DNA of 64,000 bases from Octopus bimaculoides (lineage: Eukaryota). Shown here one piece after another: positions 39,010-51,679 of this stretch (position 1 is the stretch's first letter; each line of letters begins with the position of its first letter). The DNA lies in assembly GCF_001194135.2 (NCBI RefSeq), contig NC_068988.1, positions 44,714,084 to 44,778,083 of the forward strand. The letters are read 5' to 3'. The notes beneath the pieces are model-generated. The model was not told where the DNA came from. It worked only from the letters and a program-made list of their open reading frames with translations, and made no database searches. The position numbers and the translations under genes were made by a program.

Positions 39010-39040
39010 CCACCATCACCATCATCATCATCATCATCAT
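38690..39040. repeat. (CAT/CAC)n trinucleotide tract
   Basis: Directly visible. Confidence 0.95.
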
Positions 39041-39089
39041 GTGTTTATGCCCAATTTCCCTGCTAGCAAGTATAGGTTGTCAAAGCATG

Positions 39090-39860
39090 AATCGAACAAA
39101 AACAAAATGGACAGATTTTTGCAAATGCAGATATGAACTGCAAAAGTAAAAATTTGATCTCCTGCATTAAGTGCCCTAATTGTGAGGAACTATATATTGG
39201 CAAGGCAGGGAATGCATTATTGGAACACTCATGTGCCCACAGACAACAAATCTGGAACACTAATATTCACCAAATTTCATTGAGTGAACATACAGAAACA
39301 CGTGGTCAGAAAATGCTTCGAATTTTCCCTTTCCACAAACTACATGATACAAGTGAGGTTGGAAGAAATATAAAAGAAAAACGTTTCATTAAAATGTTCA
39401 AACCACTTCCGAACATAAACAACAACAATAATATAACAACCAGTTAATGTTGTGGATTAAAAAGTATCTTTAACATATGAATAGAAACAAATTACAGATG
39501 AGTACCACTAACTGAAATAAAAATGATTGAAATCAACTAAGTTTATTACATATAAACCACAAGCTAATTGGTTAAAATAAAGGCAAGATCTATACCAGTA
39601 ATATTGGTGCATCTGGCAAACCATGATGTTTAAGCTGCATGCTAATTGGTCAAAACTGTATTCGAAAAATTCAGCTTGTCAGAGCCTTTTAAAAGGTATA
39701 AAAAGGAAGAAGTCAGTCATTTTACTACAGTTATCAAGCACTCAACTCAACTGTCAGTCAATACATTTTGAAATCTGATGATTACTACGAACGTACGAAA
39801 GCACTAATTGAACTTTATGAACGTTACAAAATATTTTTTTAATGTTTAACACACTTCAAC
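39090..39860 (+). mobile_element. Penelope-like element 3' part: GIY-YIG endonuclease remnant plus terminal region
   Basis: ORF 39133-39447 MNCKSKNLISCIKCPNCEELYIGKAG...HRQQI...SEH...IFPFHKL...KEKRFIKMFKP has the PLE GIY-YIG layout (NLIYxIxCxxC...YIG) with CCHH-type residues. Hammerhead-like motif at 39775. Confidence 0.9.
39772..39809 (+). ncRNA. Near-canonical minimal type I hammerhead ribozyme motif
   Basis: aat-CTGATGA-ttac-tacgaac-gtac-GAAA-g-ca-c-TA-att: 3-bp stem I, stem II 3 bp with a T.C mismatch at 10.1-11.1, minimal stem III, UA cleavage site. Confidence 0.5.
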
Positions 39861-39974
39861 ATTATAAAAAATTCTTTTAAATACAATAATAACAAACGTG
39901 AAAATCAGACCATGTAACTTTATTCAACTGATATATTATTCTATAACATTTACACAAATTTGGAAAAAATATAA

Positions 39975-40122
39975 ATACACACACATACAAACATATACGA
40001 TAGGTTGCTTTCAGTTTCCATCTACTGAATCCATTCACAAGACACTTGCCCAAGGTGCCATGCACTAGGACTGAACCTGGAATAGTGTGGTTAGGAAACA
40101 AGCTTCTTATCATACCGCCATG
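39975..40122 (-). mobile_element. SINE family B head
   Basis: gacacttgcccaaggtgccatgcactaggactgaacctggaa. Confidence 0.8.
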
Positions 40123-42090
40123 CCTGAGCCTCATGATTGGAAAAACAGAGCAGTAGGTATGGGGGGAGTGATAGAGGAAGAAGTAATGGAAGTGAGTGAG
40201 AGAGAGGGAGAGAGAGAGAGGTAGTGATAGGCTGCTATATGCTGGTTGTTAGTTGGGAATGAATGGAAAACAGGAAGAGTGGGAAGATAGTTGGGAAGGG
40301 AGAATAAGAGGAGGGGGGCAGAGTGATGAAAGAGGGAATAATGGAACAGGAAATTAAGGGAGAGAGAGAGAGAGAGAGGGGAGAGAGAGATAGGGAGGGA
40401 CAGAGAGAGGGAGGGACAGAGAAAGCGATGTGTGTAAATATTGAGAATGAAGGAGAGCTGAATATGTTGAGTGTGTGTGTGTGTATGTGTGCATATGTGT
40501 GTGAGAGAGAGAGAATGAAAGAGAGAAAGAGGAAGAGAGAAAGAGAGAGAGAATGAAAAAGAGAAAGAGAAAAGAGAGAGAGGGAGAATGATCAATAGCA
40601 ATTAAGATGACCAATTAAGAAAAAATGATAGATGTAAATAATGTGTGATAAAGAGAAGTGAGAGAGGGAGAAAGAAAGAAAGAAAGAAAGAGATAGAGAG
40701 GGGGAGAGAAAGAGAGAGAGAGATGACTAGCAATACAAAAGGGACATGATAGATTTGAATAAGACAAATCCATTGCCAGCCATCTTACTAAGGCAGCATG
40801 ATAAGAGGGAGTTACAGTGACAAGGGGTATTGGTAGGATTGAATATGGACTCATCTTATACCATCCCACATTATGCAGGTGGTGTGATATTGTGGATATC
40901 AAACACTGAGGATCATAAATAGGTGGGTAGCAAAGATGGGGAATGGCAGTAAATGGAGAATTAAGTGGAACATAAATGAGTGAGAGACCCAAATGCAAAA
41001 TGTAAATATTTTACATGTCACGATGACGACGACAACGACAACCACCAACACCACCACCACCACCTCTTCCTCCTCCTCCTCCTCCTCCTCCTCCTCCACC
41101 ACCACCACCACCACTGGCATCGGCTACGACAACGATTTCATTTGACTCAACAGGTCTTCTCAAGCTCAGTATATTGCCCAACGATTGAAAGGTACTCTTA
41201 AATGGGCCAGTTATGCGTCACTGGCATGGGCCACAGCTACAATCTCACTTGACTTGCAGGGTTTTCTCAAGCACAGTATATTTCCAAAGGTCTCAGTCAT
41301 TTGACCTCCATATGCATCAGATTCCTGTACCGTTGCAGACTTCTCTCTTGCCCACTATATCTCATTACTCTCAAATATAGTTTTTCTCTCATTTCGTTTA
41401 TGTTCCAACATTCATGTAGATTTACATTACTTATATTACACATCTAGTGAAGCATGCTCACATCATTTCATTCTCATTTTTGAAAATCCTTCATGTTCAA
41501 AGCTTATTTCTCACTACCATGCTGCATTGCACTTTGTATTCAAGCATCAGATAATCTGCCCGTGTCAAGTTTTGTAATTTGCTCAATTCATGAGAACAAG
41601 TATAAGAACAAAGACCAAATAACTGTAGACTATGAATTTCTATCTCGCCATAGCAGAAGCACAACCAATAGCAGAATGTATGAGAAGTGGTAACATCATC
41701 AACCTGTTTTTTATTACCCATAAAGGGCTAAATAAAGAGTTTTTACAGCACAAAAAAGACAATACAAAACATAAAATCAGGGAAATAAAAATACAAAAAG
41801 GAAATCGAGCAAAGAAGAAAAAAAAATAAAAGAAACGAATGAAATTATGAAAAAATGATAAAATGAAGCGCAATGCCCACTCGACCCCCGAAGTTGAGTG
41901 GTTACATTTGGACATGATTTAAACAGTTTTTCCTCTTTTTTCGTTTTTTTTTAAAACCAAAATTTTCAGATTTTTCTCATAAATTTTCTTCATATTCTTT
42001 TTTATTCTTATATTCTTTTACTTGTTTTAATCATTTGACTGTAACCATGCTGGAGCACCACCTTCAGTCGAGCACATCGAACCCCAGGAC

Positions 42091-42345
42091 TTATTGGTCC
42101 TTTATATCACAATAGCTATCAACTACTTCTAAGGAGACTTTCAAGCAATTGAACGTGTTTATTTCCCATGTACTTTCACAGCTAACTGCTCTGAGCTGCT
42201 GCCACATACGAAGCATATTTTCTCTTAGCTTGCCTATGATCTCGCTACACTTCTCATGTATTTGCAGTTTACAATGTGTTCTTTGTATAGAGTTTCTACC
42301 AACCCCTTTTCTGCATTTCAAGCCATTTTCCTCATAACAGCAGTC
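42091..42345 (-). mobile_element. RTE LINE ORF2 fragment (Cys-rich insert region)
   Basis: KCRKGVGRNSIQRTHCKLQIHEKCSEIIGKL...LEVVDSYCDIKDQ resembles the RTE segment CxxCRKGVGRNSIxCxxCKxWxHxRC...LEVVDxFxYLGD. Adjoins a SINE B tail at 42030-42092. Confidence 0.75.
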
Positions 42346-43350
42346 CTAAGTATTTTCTTACATATTTTAGCTTTCTCACTTCTTAATGGTAGATTTTGCA
42401 TTTAGGTCTTGAATTTATTTAAAAAATTCTTTATATTATTCTACCAAATGTGTGGTTGTGTACATATACTAGGAACTAATAGTTGGAGTCTTGCTAGATC
42501 TAAAACTTCAAGTGTAATACAACTTGAAACAAATTGCATTTTTCGATCAGAAAAAAATATCACTCTTCATGGCTATGTTTGGCAGTGTTATTTTTATCAG
42601 TATTACAAAGTTTCTATGATGCAACAGCATATCAGTGATGCAACAGTATATCTGCAGCTTTATATTAAATCTAATTTAAAGCTGCTTCTATCATAATATT
42701 TTAATTCTCATATTTTTCGTCCATCAAACTTCTAAGAGTTCATGCCTGTGTAAGAAATCATGTTATTTTTAACTTTGTGAATCAGTTAAATCTAATTACA
42801 TGTCTAAAGTTGTGAGATGAGTTATTGTTATTAAGATGATCATTTTACAGACTAATTAACCTCATCTTTAGCATGTATATTTACACTATTCATATTTACA
42901 CTATCTGTGTTATTCTTAACTAAGTTCGTTGTTCACAGAATCAGACACTTGATGAGGATTGAAGATAAAACTGATTGAAATGCAGTGTAAATCTAAAATA
43001 AATAGAATTTTCTGAAGCATTCCATAACCTTTATAATGTTATAAGGTTACTATCGAAGACTTTTTTCCATTTATTTTCTGTAGTGAATGATGAGCAAGTC
43101 AATGTAGTAGAGCTCTTCCCATGTCATGCCATTGATTATGGTCAGATATCACAGAAAGGAGGATTGCCAATTGGTCTTCCCCACCACCATAAGTTTTTGC
43201 TTAGAAATAATGTAGAAATGTTTCAGTAGCATACATTGATTATATATTTATGTTCATTTAAATTTGTTACTTGATACAGTTCTAGTCAGAACGAGAATCA
43301 AACCTAACACTTTATATTACCAAACTAACAAATACAGCAATACTGCACTG

Positions 43351-43570
43351 TATGAAGTGAGTACTGAAAAGTTCCTGGCTTTAGGGGTACCACAAAAGGC
43401 GGTCCTGGGGGCCCAACTTTCCAAGTTGTTTTACAGGGAGTAGAAAAATTGGACTGTTGCAATAAGTGTGTGAATCTGAAAGGGGAATATGTTGAATAAA
43501 ATCATAATTAACTGATTCTCCTGTATTTTCTTTTACCCAAAGCGAAGAACTTTTCAGCACCGCCTCATAT
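43351..43570 (+). mobile_element. Mariner-derived MITE, copy 3
   Basis: TIRs gtgagtactgaaaagttcctggcttt / aaagcgaagaacttttcagcaccgcctc. Interior GVEKLDCCNKCVNLKGEYVE*. Confidence 0.85.
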
Positions 43571-44232
43571 GTTTAAGTCAAAGTTCTGTAAACAATTGTT
43601 TGTTAAGGTCTACACCTTAGGCAATGTATATGACTCTACTTGTCGCTTTTCTTGGCAAACTACAAATATTTCGTGTCTGATTCATTAGTGAGAGAAAGGT
43701 CATTCAGAAATAAGAATAACAAAATAAATAAATAAACCAATCAAACTTTTGGTTCTTTACCGATATGTAAATGTCCACACATCTACACCCTTCTCTGTCT
43801 ACTTCACTCATTGCCAGAATGATAAAAATGGGTCTAAAATCACAACAAACAAACGAACAGTTCTCATTCAGCATCAAATACTAATGTCTGTATAAAGATC
43901 AAAGGAACAAGAGTATCTGTAATCAGGTAATGATGTGACTGAGAGTGAATGACGGAAGGGATAAAGGACCTCTGTCCATCACTCCAGATTTTATCAACGT
44001 CACATTCCATGAAAGCTTCACTGGTTTGCACTTTCGTAAGCCTAAAAAATTTTTTTTCCTAAATGTGTGCTGATTTTATTGTATACTGTTCTTTTCCATG
44101 CCTGGTCTTCCATAATCAGTTCTGCAAAAATAAAACTAAAAAAAAAAATGTGCCAGCATTTTTGTAATTTGTTCTTGTCATATCCTTTCATCCATTGCCC
44201 CTGTGACAAATAGAACAATTTATTTTTATACT

Positions 44233-44344
44233 CTTCTTCGTCTTCTTCTTCTTCTTCTTCTTCTTCTTCTTCTTCTTCTTCTTCTTCTTCTTCTTCTTCT
44301 TCTTCTTCTTCTTCTTCTTCTTCTTCTCATCATCATCATCATCA

Positions 44345-44424
<80 letters not shown>
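44233..44424. repeat. Compound (CTT)n(CAT)n(TAT)n microsatellite
   Basis: Directly visible. Successive motifs differ by one base. Confidence 0.95.
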
Positions 44425-44426
<2 letters not shown>

Positions 44427-44427
44427 G

Positions 44428-44612
44428 ATTGAGCTGACAAAATTATTAGAATTGTCTATCTTTATGCTCTGAGATCAAATTCCGCTAAGGTCGATTTTGC
44501 TTTCATCCTTTCAGAGTTGAAGAAATAAGTACCAGTTGAGCACTTTGATTGATACAATTGATAACCCCTCTCATAAAATCTCAGGCCTTGTGCCTATTGT
44601 AAAAGGGTTTAT
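44428..44612 (+). mobile_element. SINE family A
   Basis: ctctgagatcaaattccgctaaggtcgattttgc...tctcaggccttgtgcctattgtaaaaggg. Confidence 0.85.
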
Positions 44613-44735
44613 TATTACGTAGGACATCGCACAGCATCCAATATTATGATGGTGTGTAGATTGAAGATATTGTGTGTACTGTGGATTTGTACTGTCTGTC
44701 ATAAAAAAAAACAGCAAAAGGACTTCAGACAGACA

Positions 44736-44811
<76 letters not shown>

Positions 44812-44814
44812 TAT

Positions 44815-45020
44815 GAAGGTAGTGAGCCGGCAGAATCGTTAGCATGCTGGACTGAATGTTTAGTAGTATGTTCTGAGTTCAAATTCTGTCGAAGTCGACT
44901 TTGCCTTTCATCCTTTCGGGGTTGATAAATTAAGTACTAGATGCATACTGGGGTCGTTCTAATCGACTGGCACCCTTCCCCCAAATTTCGGGCCTTGTGC
45001 CTAGAATAGAAAAGATTATT
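44815..45020 (+). mobile_element. SINE family A
   Basis: gaaggtagtgagccggcagaatcgttagc...gtcgactttgcctttcatcctttcggggttgataaattaagtac...cgggccttgtgcctagaatagaaaaga. Confidence 0.92.
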
Positions 45021-45100
45021 ATCAATAATATTAATACGCTACCTTTTTGTTTTTGTACATACCTGTTGTGTGCGTCACACTTACTTTAAAGAAGTGGCAA

Positions 45101-45139
<39 letters not shown>

Positions 45140-46225
45140 AAAGAGGAAGTAAGAGAGAAAGGGAGTTAGAGAGAAAGAGAGAGAATGAAAGAGACAGTGA
45201 GTGGCGACGGCGTTCGTTTTGTGTTTTTAAATGTTTCAGAGAGGACGTAAGAGAGAAAGAAAGAGAGTGGGAGAGAGCAAAAGTGAGAGAGAAAATGAGA
45301 GGGAGTGAAAGAGACAGTGAGTGGTAACGGCGTTCGTTTTGTGTTTTTAAACGTGTATCGCATCGCAAGAGAAGTAAATACATAGATACACACGCACATT
45401 GTTAAATCAAAAGCGGGAGAGAAAAGGGACATAAAGGAAGTGAAAGAGAAAGAGAGAAAGTGAGAGAGACAGTAGATACATAAATCCAAAGAAGAGTTCT
45501 TACATAGATACATAGACACAGCAAATATTGGTTGTCAATTTCACTTTTCATTACCACACGAGGATAAAATTAATTCACAAATGGCTGAGTACTCCACAGA
45601 CATGCATAACATTAACGTAGTTCTTAGGGAGATTCAGCCTCACACAGAATATAACAAGGCTGGCTCCTTTCAATTACAGCTAGAACTCAAGGCATATATA
45701 TATGAATGTATTTGTGTGTGTGTATAGTTTTGGTTTGCAATAATAAGTGTCACGTGGTGGAAATAAACGCAATTACCGAACTTTCATTCATAAATCCATT
45801 TATTATTTCATTTTTTTTTTCTTTTGCATTTCAATTTATACATTAAGGTTCTTTGAATATGTACGATGTATTTTAAGGCTAAATAGTAATTCCGATTACT
45901 TTTGTGTAACTGAGATATTTTGGTTGGATTATATAGTCATTTGTTATTTCTTATTTTCCTTCATAGTTGTTAAACAGTATGATTTCTTGTTTGTATTTGT
46001 CATCTTCTTTAAAGACTGAAAACAGTTTTTTGTCTTGTTCGTGTTTTGTGGTTATTTGTATTAGTTTTCCTTGCTTCTGAAGTAGGTATTTTAGCAGTCC
46101 TATGGTTGACGTTAAAGTCGACATAAGTGGGAATTGAACTTAGAAGGTGGAGAATCGGAACAAATACTGCAATGATCCAGTGCTGTAACGCCTCTGTCAG
46201 ATAGCCATATCAATATATGGGTTAA

Positions 46226-46445
46226 CTAAGGCGGCGAGCTGGCAGAATCGTTAGCGTGTCAGACAAAATGCAAAGTGGCATTTCGTCCTTCTTTACGTTC
46301 TGAGTTCAAATCCCGTGAAGGTCGACTTTGCCCTTCGTCTTTTCGAGGTCGATGAAATAAGTACCATCTAAGCACTGGGGATGATGTAATCAACTTAGCC
46401 CAACCCCCAACTTACTGGACTTGTGACAAAATTTGAAACCAATAT
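46226..46445 (+). mobile_element. SINE family A, full length
   Basis: aaggcggcgagctggcagaatcgttagcg...gttctgagttcaaatccc...aaaatttgaaacc. Confidence 0.92.
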
Positions 46446-46479
46446 ATGGTTTGACCACATATTAACTCTTTGTCTAACC

Positions 46480-46690
46480 ATTTTCTGTGCAGTCTTCAGT
46501 AAATCTACCACCACACAACAGAAACGATTCCTCTGACGGTGTCTTCTACAGAATTTCTGTCAACGAATTTTACCCGCAAGACTTTAGCCGAGCCAAGACT
46601 ATTGTATAAGATACATCTACCTAAGGTGCAGCGGTATTGAATCCAAAACTACGAGATTGCTTGAAAAGCACTTATTTGCACAACCATGCC
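46480..46690 (-). mobile_element. SINE family B head variant, degenerate
   Basis: gactttagccgagccaagactattgtataagatacatctacctaaggtgc. Confidence 0.6.
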
Positions 46691-47027
46691 TTCAATCCTT
46701 AATATATGTGTGGGTGAATATATTTCTGTGTTTGAGCATAGTTTTACAAAAGTACAAATATGAATATGTTTATAGATATCTGCATAGTACTTAAATTAGG
46801 GCTGACATCTTGTCTAGGAAAGAAAAACACCTTTCATTGCAATATTTTGTGTCCATGTATATATATTTACAACTGTGCGTAATGGCATCTTTTTAGGAGT
46901 TTTTTTGTCTGTGAATGTGTGTATATGCATTAGTTCAAATGGTATCGTTAAAAGTAATCTGTGTATATAATACATATTTAGACATATGTATATTGGTATG
47001 AATGCATTTTTGCATATCTATGTGTAT

Positions 47028-47067
<40 letters not shown>

Positions 47068-48073
47068 ATATATGTATGTATATACATACATATATATCTA
47101 TGTATATATCTGTGTGTGTGAGTGTATGTTTATGCATATATTTATGTATTTGTTTTATGTATATTTATTTACTTAGATATCTATCTGCTTATATGTATGC
47201 CATGTGTATGCTTTGTGTGTGATTGCATATATATTTGTATGCATACACAAATACCCACACACATAAACATACATATATACACACAAACGCACCACATATC
47301 TATGCATGTATATATGCATATGTATATACATATATATATATGCTTGCACATATATGAATATATGTATACACATATATATGTATATATATATATATATGAA
47401 TATATATATATATACATATGTATGTATATATACATACATACATACATACATACATAATACACACATACACACACACACACGCACACACACACACATATAT
47501 ATATTTATAATGTTATTTTTCCTTCACTCTCTGCCTCACAAAACTTCCATGGTTGCAGTTGGCTTGGCCAATAAAAAAGGTTAATGACTGCAAACAGCAA
47601 CACGTATTAACGAGAGTAGCTACTGTAACAACAATGATGACAGCAAGCACAACAACAATATTAATATCTAGGAAAAATATTGAAGAGAATGATGAGGAAT
47701 AAAAGAGAAGATGGCGACAGCAAAAAGAGAATGAGAACGATGATGGCAATAATGATGAAGGCTGTTGCAGAGGTGGTGCGGCTGAAGGCTGTTCTGTTGC
47801 TGTTGCTACTGTTGTTATTGTTGTTGTTGTTGTTGTTGATGATGATGATGATGATGATGAAGATGAAGATGATGATGATGATGATGATGATGATGATAAT
47901 GATGATGATGATGATGATGATGGTTTTTGCGATGACAATGATGATCGAGGTGGTCGTGACGGTAGTTAAGATGAAATGACAGATTAATAATAACCACAGC
48001 AATAAGAATAATAATATCAAGAATAACAGCAGGAATGATGATAATAATAAAAAAATGTTAAAGGAGTGTTGGA

Positions 48074-48193
<120 letters not shown>

Positions 48194-48323
48194 AAGATAG
48201 AGAGACAGACGGAGAGAGGATAGAGCAGAATGAGAATCAAGAAACGATATACAAACAGGAAAAATTTGGAGTTGTATGTGTGTATATAATATGTATGTAT
48301 ATATATNNNNNNNNNNNNNNNNN

Positions 48324-48356
<33 letters not shown>

Positions 48357-49459
48357 ATGTGTGTGTGTGTGTGTATACATGAAATTATGTGTGTGTTTGT
48401 GTGTGTGTATAACCTGATAGAGCGGGGAAGGATAGAGAGAAAGAGTGGGGTAGTGTGGAGAAGGAAGGAAAGGTGGCACAACTGAGAAAAAGATTATCAA
48501 AATAGAAAAAGAAAGAAGAGGTGTTGTTGGAGAAAATATTTGATTCCAAAGGCAATCAATATTTGAAAAATTGTCATTTACGATGTCTAAGGAATTCAAT
48601 ATGCAACATTAAGAAACAATAATAATTTATTTTTCTACTTTCTGTCTTTATGACTTTATGATTTTTGTTTTATTAACTTTTACCTTTCCCCTCACACACT
48701 TGTGCCATTACCATGCTATTCTTGTCTTTTGTTAACGCAACTTTTCACCATCATACTGTCGCTATGTCTTCCATCTTATTCTTTAGTATTCATCAAGTGT
48801 GTTTCTGTTAGGTTTCTTGACTCTATACAATGTAGCAGAGCAGTCAAATTTTCCATAACAACCACCCGAATCTTATTATTTATTTCCTTTCTTAGAGCAT
48901 TGGCAGTTGACCAGAACTCTTCAGACATCTCAATACTTTCGTTCGTCTGCTATTTGTCTCAAATCATCATTGAAAACTTACATGGTGGAAAAATTTGTTC
49001 AGGGGTGTGGTGTGTAATTTTGTGCTGTTCATAAGGAACAACGGTTTGTGCAATAATATGTAAACTCACAGTTTCCCCAAGAGATTGATTTGATTAGCTC
49101 TTCTAACAGCAACAATAACTGGTATTTTTGAAGTGCCCTGGTTGCTTTTATTTAGCAGCCCCAGATCAGCATTGTTCAAGTAAACTTTTGATGAAAGACA
49201 TTCGAACTATGACTCTTTTGTCTCATTTTCCTAGACCCACATACATTATTCAATAAACCCCTCTCTTCTGTGATTTGAGAGACATTCAGCTGCTGTTTCT
49301 TGCAGATCCAGCGACCATTTAGAGATTATCTCGTTGGCTCAACCTAGTAGAGCTACATGTTGAAAACAAGAGAGATGTTACGATGTTCTCTAGGAACGCT
49401 ATTGGTGGACAAGGACATTGCGTCATTCAGTTAATCCTTTAGACATTCTAACGTTTCCA

Positions 49460-50146
49460 GCATTATTCTAGCAGCTTCTGTGACACCATTAGCGGTAGGC
49501 AACTCAAGACATGCTCTTCTCTTGAACAACATTTCTAACATAGAGAAAAGAGGTCTGCTGCACAGGCAAATGCTGGTTTCCATACGAACTCTGCCCAAGC
49601 CAAGCCTTTGTTATGGAGAGTACAATGAACATCACCTCACAGAAATGGATAAACAAGGTAAGCAGCAGTCTACTTACGTGGTGTGTGGGCGCCAGGGACA
49701 ACTTTTGATGGAGAGAGAAGCTATCATATTTCACTGAATTGCTACTACCCATCTCAACCTGGGTAAACCTCAACCTGGGTAAACCTCAACCAATTAGATG
49801 TTCTACAACTTTCCATCCGCCATACTGAATGCATGGGTCTTAGGGATACAAATAGCCCGAATCGCAAATGGTAAATAACGCAATATCGCACTGGACATAA
49901 TAAGAAAACAAAAGAAGAAACTAGCAGTCATGTTAAGATGCTGAAATGTACGGATCATCATTACTGGTCTAACTGCTAAAATTTCCAAAAGAGATCGAAT
50001 AAACAGAAGAAAAATGCTTCGCAGAATCAGGAATTTGAGGGACGATACTTTGTTTCTGGCAGGGAAAGGACTTAGACAAGATTAGAAAGCATCGTGTTGG
50101 CTTCGCTGTGAGAGAGTCACTGCTAAACACGGTGGAGCCCAGAGAG

Positions 50147-50231
<85 letters not shown>

Positions 50232-50690
50232 AAGCGAGAGAGTGAAAGAGAGGAGTGTGGCAGTGGTACCTAGCAGGTTTTCTAACTTCGGCTTCTTACA
50301 TCCAAGCGGTTTATCAAATTTGTTGATGATCATGCTCCGACACTTTTTTCTACACAAGTTAAAAAGGACAAATTGTATGACCAACTCTGAAAGACATTTC
50401 AGTTACTCCAACCTAGGAACAACTACTGTAGTTTGGTAACTTCAACGCCAGAGTGGATCCTAGGGCGGAATGGGATGGGCAGTATAAATAACAATGATGT
50501 CTTGAGTCTTGTAGAGAGACACAACATATAAATTCAAAACAGGTCAGGTTTTTACCGCAAAAAATCACTTTACATGTTCTTCAAGGAACCTAATATACGT
50601 TATCAAATGTCAGGGATGACATAGGTCAAACAAAGCTTACTCTAAGAAATGGACTGACCATTCACCGATACGAGACCCAAGTAAATAGAC
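49460..50690 (+). mobile_element. RTE LINE 5' part: putative UTR plus AP-endonuclease remnant, interrupted by (AG)n
   Basis: [29 protein letters not shown], then (AG)n at about 50152-50226, then DHAPTL...KDKLYDQL...GNFNARV and a terminal TDH. These match RTE APE motifs (TFFWxGK...HGVGFAV, YAPT, GDFNARVG, SDH/TDH). Confidence 0.85.
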
Positions 50691-51589
50691 AGATTCCACT
50701 GAATAGACACATAGACATATGTGCAAAAGATAAGTCCCCAAATTTCAGGTCTTCCTACTCTACCTATGTTCAGCGAATACCACATGAAGCACAGATAAAC
50801 AAAGAAAATACTTTCATGCAAAAGTACAAACCAAAACTCAACAAACCTTAACAGAGTACATACACAAATAACTATTCACACAGAAAACTCATTCTGCCAC
50901 TTATCATGAGGAATATACACAGCGAACAACCTAAACTTTAGCCACAAGACTACATACAAACAACTCCTATCAACTCTCCCGCCAGACTGATCAAATTTGG
51001 AGTGCCTTGATTATAAATAAACATGTTCACTCAACTGTGTCGGCCTTCTTTTTAGGCGCAAAATATACTGTCACGTGACACTAACGCACGGACGTAGCAG
51101 GAAACGTACAAAAGTTTATAAACTTAGTCATATGTTCATTCTCTACAAACACTTGACAGACAATATTCAGAGCATTGATTGTTTGGACATGTTCAGTCAA
51201 CCGTGTCAGCCTTAATTTACGACACCGAACATTGTCACTTGATACTAAAACACAGACGTAGCGAGGAACCTACAAAGATGTCTAAGACCAGTCACATGAC
51301 TATCCTCTACCAATCAAATCCTATTTAAAACATATACTAATTTGAGCCATGAACTCCCTTAAAAATAGGACAAGCTTCAAACACTAGTAAGAAGCAAGGC
51401 AGCTGCGTCATAAGCCACGTCTTTCTATTTGAACTTTTTGAAAATCAGTATAAACTGTGAAACTGGTTAAAACTTTAAATACATTAATAAAAAATATTTT
51501 AACTATTCTCAGTGCATTTTCAATTTCTACATTTCCTATATTTCTACCCGTATGAAATAAAATAACATTGTTTTCTCTCACTCACCCCC

Positions 51590-51679
<90 letters not shown>

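Noticed and set aside
46226-46320. SINE heads as tRNA genes (also 37866 and 22140)
   Set aside because: A/B-box-like motifs are present, but there is no complete cloverleaf and the heads are fused to repeat bodies.
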